DNA of 64,000 nucleotides from Chloroflexota bacterium (GCA_029262695.1 JAJCYV010000042.1:6518-70517), one strand, 5' to 3'; numbered from the stretch's first letter, positions 42,456-51,597 are shown. Numbers and translations are program-made. The notes: a model not told the origin generated them from the letters alone.

Positions 42456-43063
42456 GATCTTTGTTCGAGCCTTGCTGTGAGCGTCGCCCAGGCGTCCAGC
42501 GCTTGCTGTGTCGTGCCCTCGATGTCGCAGTCCGTATCGATGACTACGTGCGAGTTGCGCGTGCGTTCTTCGTTCGACATCTGGCTCTTGATGCGCTCCA
42601 GTACTTGTTCCTCGGGCAGGCCGCTGCGCTCCGAGGTGCGCCGGGCGGCGATTTTGGGGGCCACCGCTGTTACCCAGACCTCGTTCGCGAGGTCGTCCCA
42701 CTTCGCCTCGAACAGCAGCGCCGCTTCCAGCACGGCGATCTCCACGCCCTCGCGCGCCAGCACGGCGAGGCGTTCTCGCATCATGCCCTTCATTCGCGGG
42801 TGCACGATCGAGTTGAGTGCCGCGAGTCGCTTCGGGCCCGAGAAGACGATGGCGCCCAGCTTCTTGCGGTCGATCGTGCCGTCGTCGGCGACGACGTCGT
42901 GCCCGAACTCTTTGACGATCTCCTGCCAGGCCGGGCGGCCGGGGCTGTAGACTTCGTGGCCGATGAGGTCGGCGCTGACGACACTGGCGCCCTGCTCCTC
43001 GAGCACTTTCGCGACGGTGGATTTGCCGCTGCCGATGCCGCCTGTGAGACCGATGACATACAT
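42446..43063 (-). CDS. coaE: Dephospho-CoA kinase
   Basis: 205 aa. MYVIGLTGGIGSGKSTVAKVL P-loop and family-typical length. Confidence 0.95.
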   Translation of the reverse strand: MYVIGLTGGIGSGKSTVAKVLEEQGASVVSADLIGHEVYSPGRPAWQEIVKEFGHDVVADDGTIDRKKLGAIVFSGPKRLAALNSIVHPRMKGMMRERLAVLAREGVEIAVLEAALLFEAKWDDLANEVWVTAVAPKIAARRTSERSGLPEEQVLERIKSQMSNEERTRNSHVVIDTDCDIEGTTQQALDAWATLTARLEQRSGN

Positions 43064-43173
43064 AGCGTTCGCCTTTACGTAACGGAGATGACGGGGCGCG
43101 CCCGGGCGCGCGCACCCCGATTTTAGGTAGCGTGGGGCGTGCGGGTCAAGGAGCGTCGTCGCGAGGGTTCGCG

Positions 43174-43626
43174 CTACTGGTCGAGCCGCAGTTCGTAGTT
43201 CATCTGGGCGGCCATGCCTTCGCGTTCGTAGAAGCGGTGCGCGTCCTTACGGCCGAGGCCCGAGCTGAGCACCAGGTGCGTACATCCGCGCTCGCGCGCC
43301 CAAACGGCGGCGGCGGCGAGGAGCGCCTTGCCGACACCGCCGCTCCGCGCAGCGCGGTCGACGACGAGGTCCTGTAGCCACGTGCGGCGGCCGTAGCGGA
43401 TCGATTCGATGTCGCGATACACGGACGCCAGTCCGACGAGCGAACCGCCGTCCAGGGCGAGGAGGACGTCCGAGTGCTCACCCTCGATCGCCCAGCGGAA
43501 GCCGTGGCTACCGCGCTCGCGGGTGTAGCCCGGCGCCGGCGCGCCCGGGGCGTCGAAGAGCTGCTCCAGGAGATCGAGGAACGGCGCCTCGTCGGCGAGG
43601 GTGGCGGGGCGGATGTCGATGCTCAT
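43174..43626 (-). CDS. GNAT-family N-acetyltransferase
   Basis: 150 aa. The acetyl-CoA site is LVVDRAARSGGVGKALL. Confidence 0.9.
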   Translation of the reverse strand: MSIDIRPATLADEAPFLDLLEQLFDAPGAPAPGYTRERGSHGFRWAIEGEHSDVLLALDGGSLVGLASVYRDIESIRYGRRTWLQDLVVDRAARSGGVGKALLAAAAVWARERGCTHLVLSSGLGRKDAHRFYEREGMAAQMNYELRLDQ

Positions 43627-43632
43627 GCCCGG

Positions 43633-43638
43633 ATGCTA
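43633..43638 (-). promoter_or_regulatory. -10 hexamer TAGCAT exactly 6 nt before ATG 43626 (leaderless-type start)
   Basis: The minus strand reads TAGCAT ccgggc ATG. Confidence 0.4.
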
Positions 43639-43683
43639 TCACCGAGAAGCCGGGCGGGGGTGTGCGCGTGAGGCCGCGCTACA

Positions 43684-43704
43684 GGTCAGGCTGAGAGCCT
43701 GACC
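43684..43704. repeat. Hairpin GGTCAGGC-tgaga-GCCTGACC (family copy)
   Basis: Read directly. 34 nt downstream of the AidB-like gene stop. Confidence 0.75.
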
Positions 43705-43737
43705 CCCGGACATGAGAGTCTGATCCGCCCCGGTGCG

Positions 43738-45495
43738 CTAGACCGCTGCGGGGAGTTTCTCCGGGGCCAGCGGCTGGTAGCGGGTGATGGCTTCGAAGAG
43801 GTCGAGGACGGAGCGGTCGTCGCTGATGCCGCGCAGGGCGCCGGTGCCGCCGAGGCGCTCGCGGATGAAGAAGCGCGCGACGGCCGCCTTGCGAGCGTCG
43901 CCGCTTGCGTCCAGTTCGCCCTGAGCCGCCTCGAGGAGGAGCGCCGCCTGCGACAGGTCGGAGAGCGCAGTGGTGACACGGCGGGAGTTGAGCTGGCGGA
44001 CGTCGTTGTCGGCGCGGGCGGTGAAGGCGATGATCTCGTGCGCCTCGCGTCGTGCCTGCGCCACGGCGTCCTTCATCGGGGACAGAGATGGGTGCGAGAC
44101 CGCGGACAGTGCTGCGTCCACGCGGTTGAGGAGGGCATCGTGGGCGCTCTCTTTGCCCATGGCGCGCAGGACGTCCAGGCAGATGATGTTCTCGGTGCCC
44201 TCCCAGATCGTGTGGCACTGGGCGTCGCGGAGCTGGCGCGCGGCGGGGAACGTTTCGATGTAGCCGTTGCCGCCGTGCATCTCGACGGCCTGACTGGCCA
44301 GTTCGAGGCCGCCGCGAGCGCCCTTGAACTTGGTCAGCGGGATGAGGATGCGGTACAGGCGCCGGCCCTCTTCGTCGCCCCTGCCGGACGCCAGCGACGC
44401 TGCCTCGAAGACGATCGCCGAGACGGCTTCGACGGCGACGATCATGTTCACGAGCGTCTCCTGTACGAGCGGCAGCTGGTCCAGCCGCTTACCGAAGGCC
44501 ATACGGTTGGCGGCGTAGATCGCCGACTCGACGAAGGAGCGGCGCATGATGCCGAGGCCCATCGTCGCCACGCCCATGCGCGAGCCGTTGACCATGCCCA
44601 TCATGCGGTTCAGGCCGCGTGCCTCGGACTCGGTGGCTTTTGGGTTGCTCATGATGTGCGCCTCGGCGTCGATGAGTTCGATCTCCGCGGTTGGCACGGA
44701 TCGTGTGCCGAGCTTGTCCTTGAGGCGCTTGATGTGGATGCCGTTGCGGGTGCCGTCGGAGCGCTCGCCGGGGACGAGGAAGAGGGCCAGGCCGCGGAGG
44801 CCTGCTTCGGCGCCTTCCGGACGGGCCAGTGTGGCGATCGCCCTGGCGTCGACGTTGGAGCAGAACCACTTGGCGCCGTTCACGACCCACTTGCCGTTCA
44901 CCTGCTTCGCCGTCGCCTCGCTGGCCGCCAGGTCGGAACCGCCGCGGACCTCCGTCATGAACATCGCGCCGTCCCACGAACCGTCGTAGGTGGGCGACTG
45001 CAGCCGCGGCAGGACCTGCTCGCGGACGTCGGGTGGGGCGTAGCGGTCGACGAGACCCTCGACGCCGCCGGTCATGCCGGTGGAGCAGACCATGCCCGTG
45101 TCGGACTGGCTGAGGAGGTAGGTGAACGCGGAGTTCAGCACCGTCGGCACCTCGCGGTCGTCGCGGGCGGCGACGCCGATCGGGCCTTCGTCCCAGATGT
45201 CACGCTTCTGGTCGATCGCCGCCGGGTGGTGCACGACGCTGGCGATCTCGTCGCCCCAGCGGTCGTAGCGGTCGAGGATTGGCGGGTTCTTGTCGATGAT
45301 CTCTGCGCGTTCGGCCACCGGCCCGCCGCAGAGTTCGCCCCACCGCTGGAGGATGCCTTCGGCCCAGTCGCGGTCGGCGGGCGGGACGTAGCGGTCCATG
45401 AGCTTGCTCAGGTTGGGGTCGATCGCGTACCAGTTGAGGCCGATCGCTGAGTCGCTCTTCGCGTAGTCGATTTCGCCGTTCGTCTTCGTTGCCAT
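43738..45495 (-). CDS. Acyl-CoA dehydrogenase family protein, AidB-like
   Basis: 585 aa. Long N-terminal extension, FMTEVRGGSDLAA, and C-terminal ACAD helical domain. SD GAAGGAG. TACAAT upstream. Confidence 0.9.
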   Translation of the reverse strand: MATKTNGEIDYAKSDSAIGLNWYAIDPNLSKLMDRYVPPADRDWAEGILQRWGELCGGPVAERAEIIDKNPPILDRYDRWGDEIASVVHHPAAIDQKRDIWDEGPIGVAARDDREVPTVLNSAFTYLLSQSDTGMVCSTGMTGGVEGLVDRYAPPDVREQVLPRLQSPTYDGSWDGAMFMTEVRGGSDLAASEATAKQVNGKWVVNGAKWFCSNVDARAIATLARPEGAEAGLRGLALFLVPGERSDGTRNGIHIKRLKDKLGTRSVPTAEIELIDAEAHIMSNPKATESEARGLNRMMGMVNGSRMGVATMGLGIMRRSFVESAIYAANRMAFGKRLDQLPLVQETLVNMIVAVEAVSAIVFEAASLASGRGDEEGRRLYRILIPLTKFKGARGGLELASQAVEMHGGNGYIETFPAARQLRDAQCHTIWEGTENIICLDVLRAMGKESAHDALLNRVDAALSAVSHPSLSPMKDAVAQARREAHEIIAFTARADNDVRQLNSRRVTTALSDLSQAALLLEAAQGELDASGDARKAAVARFFIRERLGGTGALRGISDDRSVLDLFEAITRYQPLAPEKLPAAV

Positions 45496-45535
45496 AACGT
45501 GCTCCTTCGGTCAGTGCTTCGGCCCGATTGTACTC

Positions 45536-46906
45536 CTATGGCGAGGACTCTGCGGCTGGTGTCGGCGTTTCCGTTGCCGGCGCCGCCGCCGTGAGTATGT
45601 CCACGAGAACGATGTCGAAGATCAGAGTTGCGCCGGGCGGAATCGGCGGGGTCGCGTTAGGGTTGCCGGCTTCGCCGTAGGCGAGGTCGCCGGGGATGAT
45701 GAGGCGCCGCGAGCCGCCCTCTGCCAAGCCGGGGAGGCCCTGGTGCCAGCCCTGGATGACGCTGCTGAAGCCGATCGTGACCGGGAGCGGGGCCTCTCTG
45801 CTGATCGAGCTGTCGAACATGGCGCCGGTGTCCTGCAGCCAGCCGGTGTAGTTGACGGCCACGGTGTCGCCGGTCTGGGCGACTTCGCCGGCGCCCGGCT
45901 GGAAGTCGATGTAGGTGAGGCCGGATTCGAGCGTGACCTCTTCGCCGGTGACGTCGGGCGGGTTCTCGTCCGGGACGCCTGGGGTCTGGGCGGGCAGTGT
46001 TGGTGTTGGCACTGGCGTCGGAGTTGCGGGTGGCGCTGGAATCAGAATGTCAACGAGCTCCACGTCGAAGATCAGCGTTGCGTTGGGTGGGATCGGCGGG
46101 GTCGCGTTGAGGTTTCCGGCTTCGCCGTATGCGAGGTCGCCGGGGATGATGAGGCGCCGCGAGCCGCCCTCGGTCATGCCCTGCAGGCCCTCGTCCCAGC
46201 CCGCGATAACGCCGCCGGCGCCGATGACAACCCTAAGCGCGGCCGTGCGGCTGATCGAGCTGTCGAAGAGCTCGCCTGTCTCCTGCAGCCAGCCGCTGTA
46301 GTTGACGGCCACGGTGTCGCTGGCCTGGGCGACTTCGCCGGTGCCCGGTTCGAAGTCGATGTAGACGAGCCCCGATTCCGTCGTTATCTCTTCGCCGGCG
46401 ATCTCCGGCGGGCTCTCCGGTGGTACGCCGGGCGTATGGGCGGGCACCGTGGGCGCCGGAGTGGGCGTGACGGCCGGCGTCGTCGGATTGGCCACCAGGT
46501 TTTCGTCGCCGTCGCCGCCGACGAGGATTACTACGGCGAGAACAGCGATCACGCTGGCGACCAGCGTGAGTGCCGCGGCGATGACGAAGCGGTTGGATAG
46601 GACATCGCTGGGGAGGACAGCACCGGCGACCTCGCGCTCGCCGCGCCGCAGGTCGCCGTCGTACTCGCGCCGCTTCGCGCGATCGCTGAGGACTTCGAAC
46701 GCCTCTTGCACGTCGGCGTGGCGTTGCGCCGCGCGCGGCTTGCTGCTCGTCTCCGGATCGTAAGTGCGAGATAGTCGCTCGTGGGCGCGCTCGATCTCGT
46801 CAAGGGTGGCGTTGCGGTTTACCTGGAGTATCGCGTAGAAGTCTCGGTCATCTGCCACTGGCCACTGGCCTCCTGTCTGGAAGGCGCCCGCCATGTCGGC
46901 AGGCAC
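45536..46906 (-). CDS. J-domain / transmembrane / tandem FKBP-type peptidyl-prolyl isomerase fusion protein
   Basis: 456 aa. DFYAILQVNRNATLDEIERAHERLSRTYDPE (J-like domain, no canonical HPD seen). TM segment FVIAAALTLVASVIAVLAVVILV. Two ~150-aa repeats, each containing an FKBP core (VAVNY.GWL..G..FDSS...GW..GL.G..EGG.R.LIIPGDLAYG). Confidence 0.88.
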   Translation of the reverse strand: MPADMAGAFQTGGQWPVADDRDFYAILQVNRNATLDEIERAHERLSRTYDPETSSKPRAAQRHADVQEAFEVLSDRAKRREYDGDLRRGEREVAGAVLPSDVLSNRFVIAAALTLVASVIAVLAVVILVGGDGDENLVANPTTPAVTPTPAPTVPAHTPGVPPESPPEIAGEEITTESGLVYIDFEPGTGEVAQASDTVAVNYSGWLQETGELFDSSISRTAALRVVIGAGGVIAGWDEGLQGMTEGGSRRLIIPGDLAYGEAGNLNATPPIPPNATLIFDVELVDILIPAPPATPTPVPTPTLPAQTPGVPDENPPDVTGEEVTLESGLTYIDFQPGAGEVAQTGDTVAVNYTGWLQDTGAMFDSSISREAPLPVTIGFSSVIQGWHQGLPGLAEGGSRRLIIPGDLAYGEAGNPNATPPIPPGATLIFDIVLVDILTAAAPATETPTPAAESSP

Positions 46907-46934
46907 GTGGCACTAATTGTAGGCAAAGGGGCGA

Positions 46935-46990
46935 GGGCGGGACAAGGATGGGGAACAGGTGAGCCGTGTTCCTGTCTTCAGTTCTGTTGC
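46935..46990. repeat. Degenerate heptamer element with inverted GGAACA/TGTTCC arms
   Basis: GGGACAA GGATGGG GAACAGG TGAGCCG TGTTCCTGTCTTCAGTTCTG. Lies between the eIF-2B-like gene stop and the J-FKBP promoter (TTGTCC-18-TACAAT at 46945-46916). Confidence 0.6.
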
Positions 46991-47000
46991 GGCGCTTGCG

Positions 47001-47879
47001 CTACGCTTCGTTCGAGTTCATCAGCAGTTGCCAGCGCTTTTCCGCTTCGGCGGAGAACGTAACCATCTCAGCGGGGTCGAAGACGCCCTGCTCCGTGATG
47101 TAGCTGGTGACGAGGCGGGCCGGCGTCAGTTCGTAGTAGACGTTGCGCACTTCGAGCCAGTTTTCGGAGCAGATCTCTTTCGCCTGGCCCTCTTCGGGGG
47201 CGAACGGCATCGGCTCGCTTGGGGCGGTAACTTTCATCGTCTCCGAGGCTGTGTAGAAGGGGACCTCGGCGTCGCGCGCGGCCAGCGCGAGCAAGCGCGT
47301 GCCGATCTTGTTGATGAAGTCGCCATTGGGGAGGACCGAATCGGCGCCCACCATGACGGCGTCTGCTTCATGCACGAAGAGCGCCATCTGCGCCTCGGTG
47401 ATCATCGTCATTGAGATGCCCGCGCGCACCATCGCCTTCGCTACGCGGATGCCCTCGCTCGTCGGGCGGGCTTCGGAGATTATGACGCGCCGCGGCTTCA
47501 CGCGCGTCAGGAGTTCGATGACGGTGGATGAGTAGCTGTACGACATGACAGTCCCGGTCGGGATCACCTTACGCGCGGCGAGCGCCATCCCTTCGGGGGC
47601 GGTGCTGATCAGCTCGATCGTGTCAGAGACGGCGGCCGGGCCGTCGCTGGTCTCCAGGTAGCGGCTCCAGGCGGCGGCGACGGCGTTTTCGATCGCCGCC
47701 ATCATTGGCCGCGCCAGGGCCAGGGTGCGGCAGGCGTCGCGGAACTCTTCGCCGGGCATGCCTTCGGCCACGCCGCGCAGCGCTTCGAGCGCGGTCAGGG
47801 CGAGCTGGCGGGCTCCTTTGTCCCTGTCAGCACGGATTTCGGCGACGGCGGCCTTGACCTCGGCCCTCACCGGTTGCAC
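47001..47879 (-). CDS. eIF-2B alpha/beta/delta-family protein (sugar-phosphate isomerase-like fold)
   Basis: 292 aa. VIISEARPTSEGIRVAKAM...ADAVMVGADSVLPNGDFINKIGT is the IF-2B family core. Substrate not assignable by eye. Confidence 0.85.
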   Translation of the reverse strand: MQPVRAEVKAAVAEIRADRDKGARQLALTALEALRGVAEGMPGEEFRDACRTLALARPMMAAIENAVAAAWSRYLETSDGPAAVSDTIELISTAPEGMALAARKVIPTGTVMSYSYSSTVIELLTRVKPRRVIISEARPTSEGIRVAKAMVRAGISMTMITEAQMALFVHEADAVMVGADSVLPNGDFINKIGTRLLALAARDAEVPFYTASETMKVTAPSEPMPFAPEEGQAKEICSENWLEVRNVYYELTPARLVTSYITEQGVFDPAEMVTFSAEAEKRWQLLMNSNEA

Positions 47880-48076
47880 CGGTCCTCAAGAAAACAATAA
47901 GCCGGGGCCGTGCGACCCCGACTCTTACTCTTCAGATCAAAGACACCCATAGGGCACGTGCCTCCGCTTCTACGCCGGCTGACCGGCGGCGAGTTCCTTC
48001 TGATGGCGCCTAGCCTACACCACCGCCGCCGATTTGTCGCGCGCCTGGTGACTGTCCTCTGCGCTCCGGCGGCTCG

Positions 48077-48082
48077 TATACT
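48077..48082 (+). promoter_or_regulatory. -10 hexamer TATACT exactly 6 nt before GTG 48089 (leaderless-type start)
   Basis: Sequence is TATACT gttccc GTG. Confidence 0.45.
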
Positions 48083-48088
48083 GTTCCC

Positions 48089-49801
48089 GTGCCCGCATCC
48101 GACCTGCCGCCCGTCATTCAGGCGCTTCTCAGCGCCACCCCTTACCCTCATTCCACCGGCCGCATCCAGCTCGTACAGACCCACATTTCGTACGTCTTCC
48201 TCACGCGCGACTACGTCTACAAGATCAAGAAGCCGGTCGACTTCGGCTTCCTCAACTACTCGACGCTCGGCAAGCGCCGCTACTACTGCCAACGTGAACT
48301 GAATCTGAACCGCCGCCTGTGTTCGGACACGTATATCGGCGTCGTCCCCATCCGCAAGACGCGTGACGGCTATCGCATCGACGCGTCGGAGGTCAGGCTT
48401 AAGCCTGACCTTCCGGGCGACGGGATCGCCTCATCAGAGCGAGGCTCAGGCTTCAGTCTGGCGGCGGGGCCGGGTGGGGCCGGTGCGGGGCGCATCGTCG
48501 AGTACGCGGTCCTGATGCGCCGGCTGCCGGAAGAGCGGATGATGCACCGCCTGCTGGAGCGCAACGCCGTCACGAAGCCGATGGTGCGGTCCGTCGCCGA
48601 GAAGCTCGTCCCGTTCCACCAGGCCGGCGCGGCGACCAGCGCCAGGATCGCCGCCTACGGTGACTGGGCGATCCGCTACAACGTGCGCGAGAACGTCCGC
48701 CAGTGGACGCCGTATGTCGGACGCACGATCAGGGAGGAGCAGGACGTCATCCTGCGCAACTATACGGAGGCGTTTTATGCGCGGCGGGCCGACGTGATGC
48801 AGCGTCGCGTCGATGAGCTGCGCATTCGCGAGTGCCACTCTGACTTGCGCTCCGACGCTGTCTGCTTCGTCGATCCGAAGTCTGGCCCCGACGGCATCTG
48901 CATCTTCGATTGTGTTGAGTTCAACCGCCGCATCACGCACGTCGACGTGGCCCGTGACGTGTCGTTCCTGATGATGGACCTGGAGTACCGCGGCCGGCCG
49001 GACCTGGCGGCGGCCTTCACCGACCACTACATCGAGAAGGCGGCCGACGCGGACCTGCCGGACGTGCTGCCGTACTACGCCCACTACAACGCCTGCGTCC
49101 GCGGCAAGGTCGAGAGCTTCCTCCTGGACGCGCCCACGGTTCCGGAGTCGCAGAAGCGGGCCGCGGCCAAACGCGCCCGCCGCTACTTCGAACTGGCCTG
49201 CCGCTACGCTGAGTCACTGCCGCCGGCGATGCTCGTCATCACCTGCGGCCTCGACGGCACCCGCAAGTCCAACATTGCGCGCAAGATCGGCCGCCGCCTC
49301 GATGCGGCGGTGCTGACGTCTGACGTTGTGCGCAAGGAGATGGCGGGCATGGACCCGCAGGAGCGGGTGCTGGACGAGTACCGCGGCGGGCTCTACTCGG
49401 GGGAGATGACCGGCCGCACCTACCAGGCGCTCTCTGACGCCGCGCGCGAGCAGCTGATGGCCGGCCGCTCCGTCGTCCTTGACGCCTCGTTCACGCGCCG
49501 CGAGCATCGCCGCGCTGCCGCCCGCTTGGCCCGCGAGACCGGCGCTCAGTACGCTTGCATCGAGGTCGGCGCAGCCGAGGACGCTATCCGCGAGCGCCTG
49601 GCCGGCCGGCTGAGACGCGGCCGCGATGCCTCCGACGCCCGCTGGGACATCTACGTTCAGCAGAGGCGCCGCTTCCAGCGTCCCTCTGAGGTGCCGCCGG
49701 AACGCCTGATCAGCGTCGACACGACGAATCGGCGGGCCAGGGATGTTGAGCCGATCCTCGCCGCGCTGCGCCGCATCTCGCCGCTGAGCGTGTCCGGCTA
49801 G
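48089..49801 (+). CDS. Bifunctional phosphotransferase-fold (APH-like) / P-loop kinase-like ATP-binding protein
   Basis: 570 aa. N-terminal QTHISYVFLTRDYVYKIKKPVDFGFLNYSTL and CHSDLRSDAV kinase-like motifs. C-terminal P-loop-type domain (ITCGLDGTRKS). Confidence 0.85.
   Translation: MPASDLPPVIQALLSATPYPHSTGRIQLVQTHISYVFLTRDYVYKIKKPVDFGFLNYSTLGKRRYYCQRELNLNRRLCSDTYIGVVPIRKTRDGYRIDASEVRLKPDLPGDGIASSERGSGFSLAAGPGGAGAGRIVEYAVLMRRLPEERMMHRLLERNAVTKPMVRSVAEKLVPFHQAGAATSARIAAYGDWAIRYNVRENVRQWTPYVGRTIREEQDVILRNYTEAFYARRADVMQRRVDELRIRECHSDLRSDAVCFVDPKSGPDGICIFDCVEFNRRITHVDVARDVSFLMMDLEYRGRPDLAAAFTDHYIEKAADADLPDVLPYYAHYNACVRGKVESFLLDAPTVPESQKRAAAKRARRYFELACRYAESLPPAMLVITCGLDGTRKSNIARKIGRRLDAAVLTSDVVRKEMAGMDPQERVLDEYRGGLYSGEMTGRTYQALSDAAREQLMAGRSVVLDASFTRREHRRAAARLARETGAQYACIEVGAAEDAIRERLAGRLRRGRDASDARWDIYVQQRRRFQRPSEVPPERLISVDTTNRRARDVEPILAALRRISPLSVSG
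48391..48410. repeat. Hairpin GGTCAGGC-ttaa-GCCTGACC inside the coding sequence
   Basis: Read directly. Encodes part of EVRLKPDLPG. A degenerate second copy (GCTCAGGCTTCAGTCTGG) follows at about 48442-48459. Confidence 0.8.
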
Positions 49802-50229
49802 CGGCCGGTTGAGCCGTGGCGGCCGGCGCCGCGCGCGGTCTCGGAGAGGTCTTCGGCGACAGTCACGTCCATCACGAGCGCCTGGCCGATCACGAGCTGC
49901 GCGATGCGGTCTCCGTCGCTGACCTCGTGCGGTTCCCGGTAGTGGAGAGCGTGCATCGTCACGAGGAGTTCGCCGCGGTAGTCGGAGTCGATCGTGCCGA
50001 GCGTGACGACGACGCCTTTTGAGGAGAGGCCGGAGCGCGGCCTGATCTGGACATCGTAGCCGGCGCCGATCTCGATCGCGATCCCCGTCGGCACGTGCAC
50101 CGGTTCGTGGCCGACGCTCAGCGGCGCGTCGAGGCAGGCGTAGAGGTCGTAGCCTGTTGCGCCCTCCGTGGCGCGCTCTGGCAGGCGGGCGCCGGGCCGC
50201 AGGCGCTTGACGTGCAGTGGGACGCTCAC
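49798..50229 (-). CDS. dut: dUTP diphosphatase
   Basis: 143 aa. ATGYDLYA, RPRSGL, GTIDSDYRGEL. GTG start overlaps the upstream stop by 1 nt (TAGTG). Confidence 0.94.
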   Translation of the reverse strand: MSVPLHVKRLRPGARLPERATEGATGYDLYACLDAPLSVGHEPVHVPTGIAIEIGAGYDVQIRPRSGLSSKGVVVTLGTIDSDYRGELLVTMHALHYREPHEVSDGDRIAQLVIGQALVMDVTVAEDLSETARGAGRHGSTGR

Positions 50230-50999
50230 TAGGGGATGTACAGTCCGCTGTCGCGGCGCTTGCCGCGCTCGATCGGCTTCTGCGGCGTCTCCGCTGCGGA
50301 CGTCGGGCCGCCGGGTGTGTCCTTCGACGGCTTTGCGCCGGCCGCTTTGACGACTTGCTCGATGAGCGCCGGCTCTGGGAGCGCGCCCGGGACCGAGATG
50401 CGGTCGTTGAGGACGGTCAGCGGTACGGCCTCCACCTTGAAGCGCTCGGCCAGGTCCGGGAACTCGTTGACCTCGATGACTTCAGCCTTCACGTGTTCGG
50501 TGACCATGCCCATCATGAAGGCGGCGCGGGCCATCTGCGGGCAGTACGGGCACGTCGGCGTGACGAAGATGCGCACGGAGACGTCCGCCGTCAGCTCCGA
50601 GAGCGCCTTCAGCGAGTCCGGCGAGAACAGCGTCTCCCAGCGTGAGAGGTCGATGATCGATTCCACGAACGCGGGGAACTCGGTGCCGCCGGGGATGCCG
50701 TAGTACTTGAAGAAGCCGGGCCCGGGCCCGCGCAGCACCATTCCGGGCACGCGTTCGACGCCGAACGTCGCCTTTTCCTCCGGGTTGTCCTCGAAATGGT
50801 GGATCCGCAGGCTGATGAGGTCGCTCAAAGAGGACAACTCTTGCAGCATGTCCTGCGTCGGCTTGCAGTAGGCGCAGGGCTGGGCGTCCGGCGTCTCCAG
50901 CTTCGTCTCGCGCTGCGTGAAGTAGTCGATCTTCACGGGCGCGGCCAACTCCGTGGCGAACTTGGCTTGGATCGCCTCCTGGTCCTTAAGTGGAATCAC
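50229..50999 (-). CDS. Protein-disulfide oxidoreductase (PDO-type, two thioredoxin folds with CxxC)
   Basis: 256 aa. CAYC and CPYC active sites about 110 aa apart, glutaredoxin-like layout. GTG start 6 nt after GAGGGA. Confidence 0.85.
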   Translation of the reverse strand: MIPLKDQEAIQAKFATELAAPVKIDYFTQRETKLETPDAQPCAYCKPTQDMLQELSSLSDLISLRIHHFEDNPEEKATFGVERVPGMVLRGPGPGFFKYYGIPGGTEFPAFVESIIDLSRWETLFSPDSLKALSELTADVSVRIFVTPTCPYCPQMARAAFMMGMVTEHVKAEVIEVNEFPDLAERFKVEAVPLTVLNDRISVPGALPEPALIEQVVKAAGAKPSKDTPGGPTSAAETPQKPIERGKRRDSGLYIP

Positions 51000-51597
51000 T
51001 CATGTCCCTCGTTCTCAGCCATACCATAGCAAGCCGCTGCAGCGCAGTGAAGCCCGCGATGAGCGCGAGCGCCCAGAGCACCGGCGTGAGGACGTTTTCG
51101 TCGATGACGTCCTGCAGGATCAGGCCGCCACCGAGCAGCAGCACTCGTTCCGTGCGCGTGAAGAGGCCCTCGCGCAGCTTGAGGCCGATGACCTCGGCGC
51201 GCGCGCGCAGGTAGCTGACCATGATCGAGGCGACGACGGCGGCGAAGATCAGCAGCTCCTCCTCGCGGGCGCCACGGTCGCTGAAGAACCACAGCAGTCC
51301 GAAGAGGACGGCGGCTTCCGAGAGGCGGTCCATCGTTGCGTCGAAGACCGAACCGAACGGCGTCGCGCGCCCGGTCGCCCGCGCCAGCGAGCCGTCGAGG
51401 AAGTCCAGGGCGCTGAACGCCAGCATGACGATGCCGGCGGCCAGGAAGCGGCCGTCCGCGGCCAGCACGGCGGCGCCGGCGTTGCCGCCGAAGCCGGCGA
51501 GCGTGAGCATGTTCGGCGTGACGCCCAGCCGCGAGAGGGCGTTGACTGCGGGGTCGGTCAGCCACTTCGGGGCGGAGCGCGGCGTCAGCGCCGGCAT
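50986..51597 (-). CDS. CDP-alcohol phosphatidyltransferase, PgsA1-like (phosphatidylinositol-phosphate synthase candidate)
   Basis: 203 aa. D-x2-DG-x2-AR-x8-G-x3-D-x3-D read as LDFLDGSLARATGRATPFGSVFDATMD. Located in an operon with inositol-3-phosphate synthase. Confidence 0.88.
   Translation of the reverse strand: MPALTPRSAPKWLTDPAVNALSRLGVTPNMLTLAGFGGNAGAAVLAADGRFLAAGIVMLAFSALDFLDGSLARATGRATPFGSVFDATMDRLSEAAVLFGLLWFFSDRGAREEELLIFAAVVASIMVSYLRARAEVIGLKLREGLFTRTERVLLLGGGLILQDVIDENVLTPVLWALALIAGFTALQRLAMVWLRTRDMSDST

Noticed and set aside
47001-47879. Calling the eIF-2B-family protein methylthioribose-1-phosphate isomerase or ribose-1,5-bisphosphate isomerase.
   Set aside because: Catalytic residues cannot be verified by eye. 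The segment aligned to the usual catalytic Cys region reads SYSYSS. There are no salvage-pathway neighbours.
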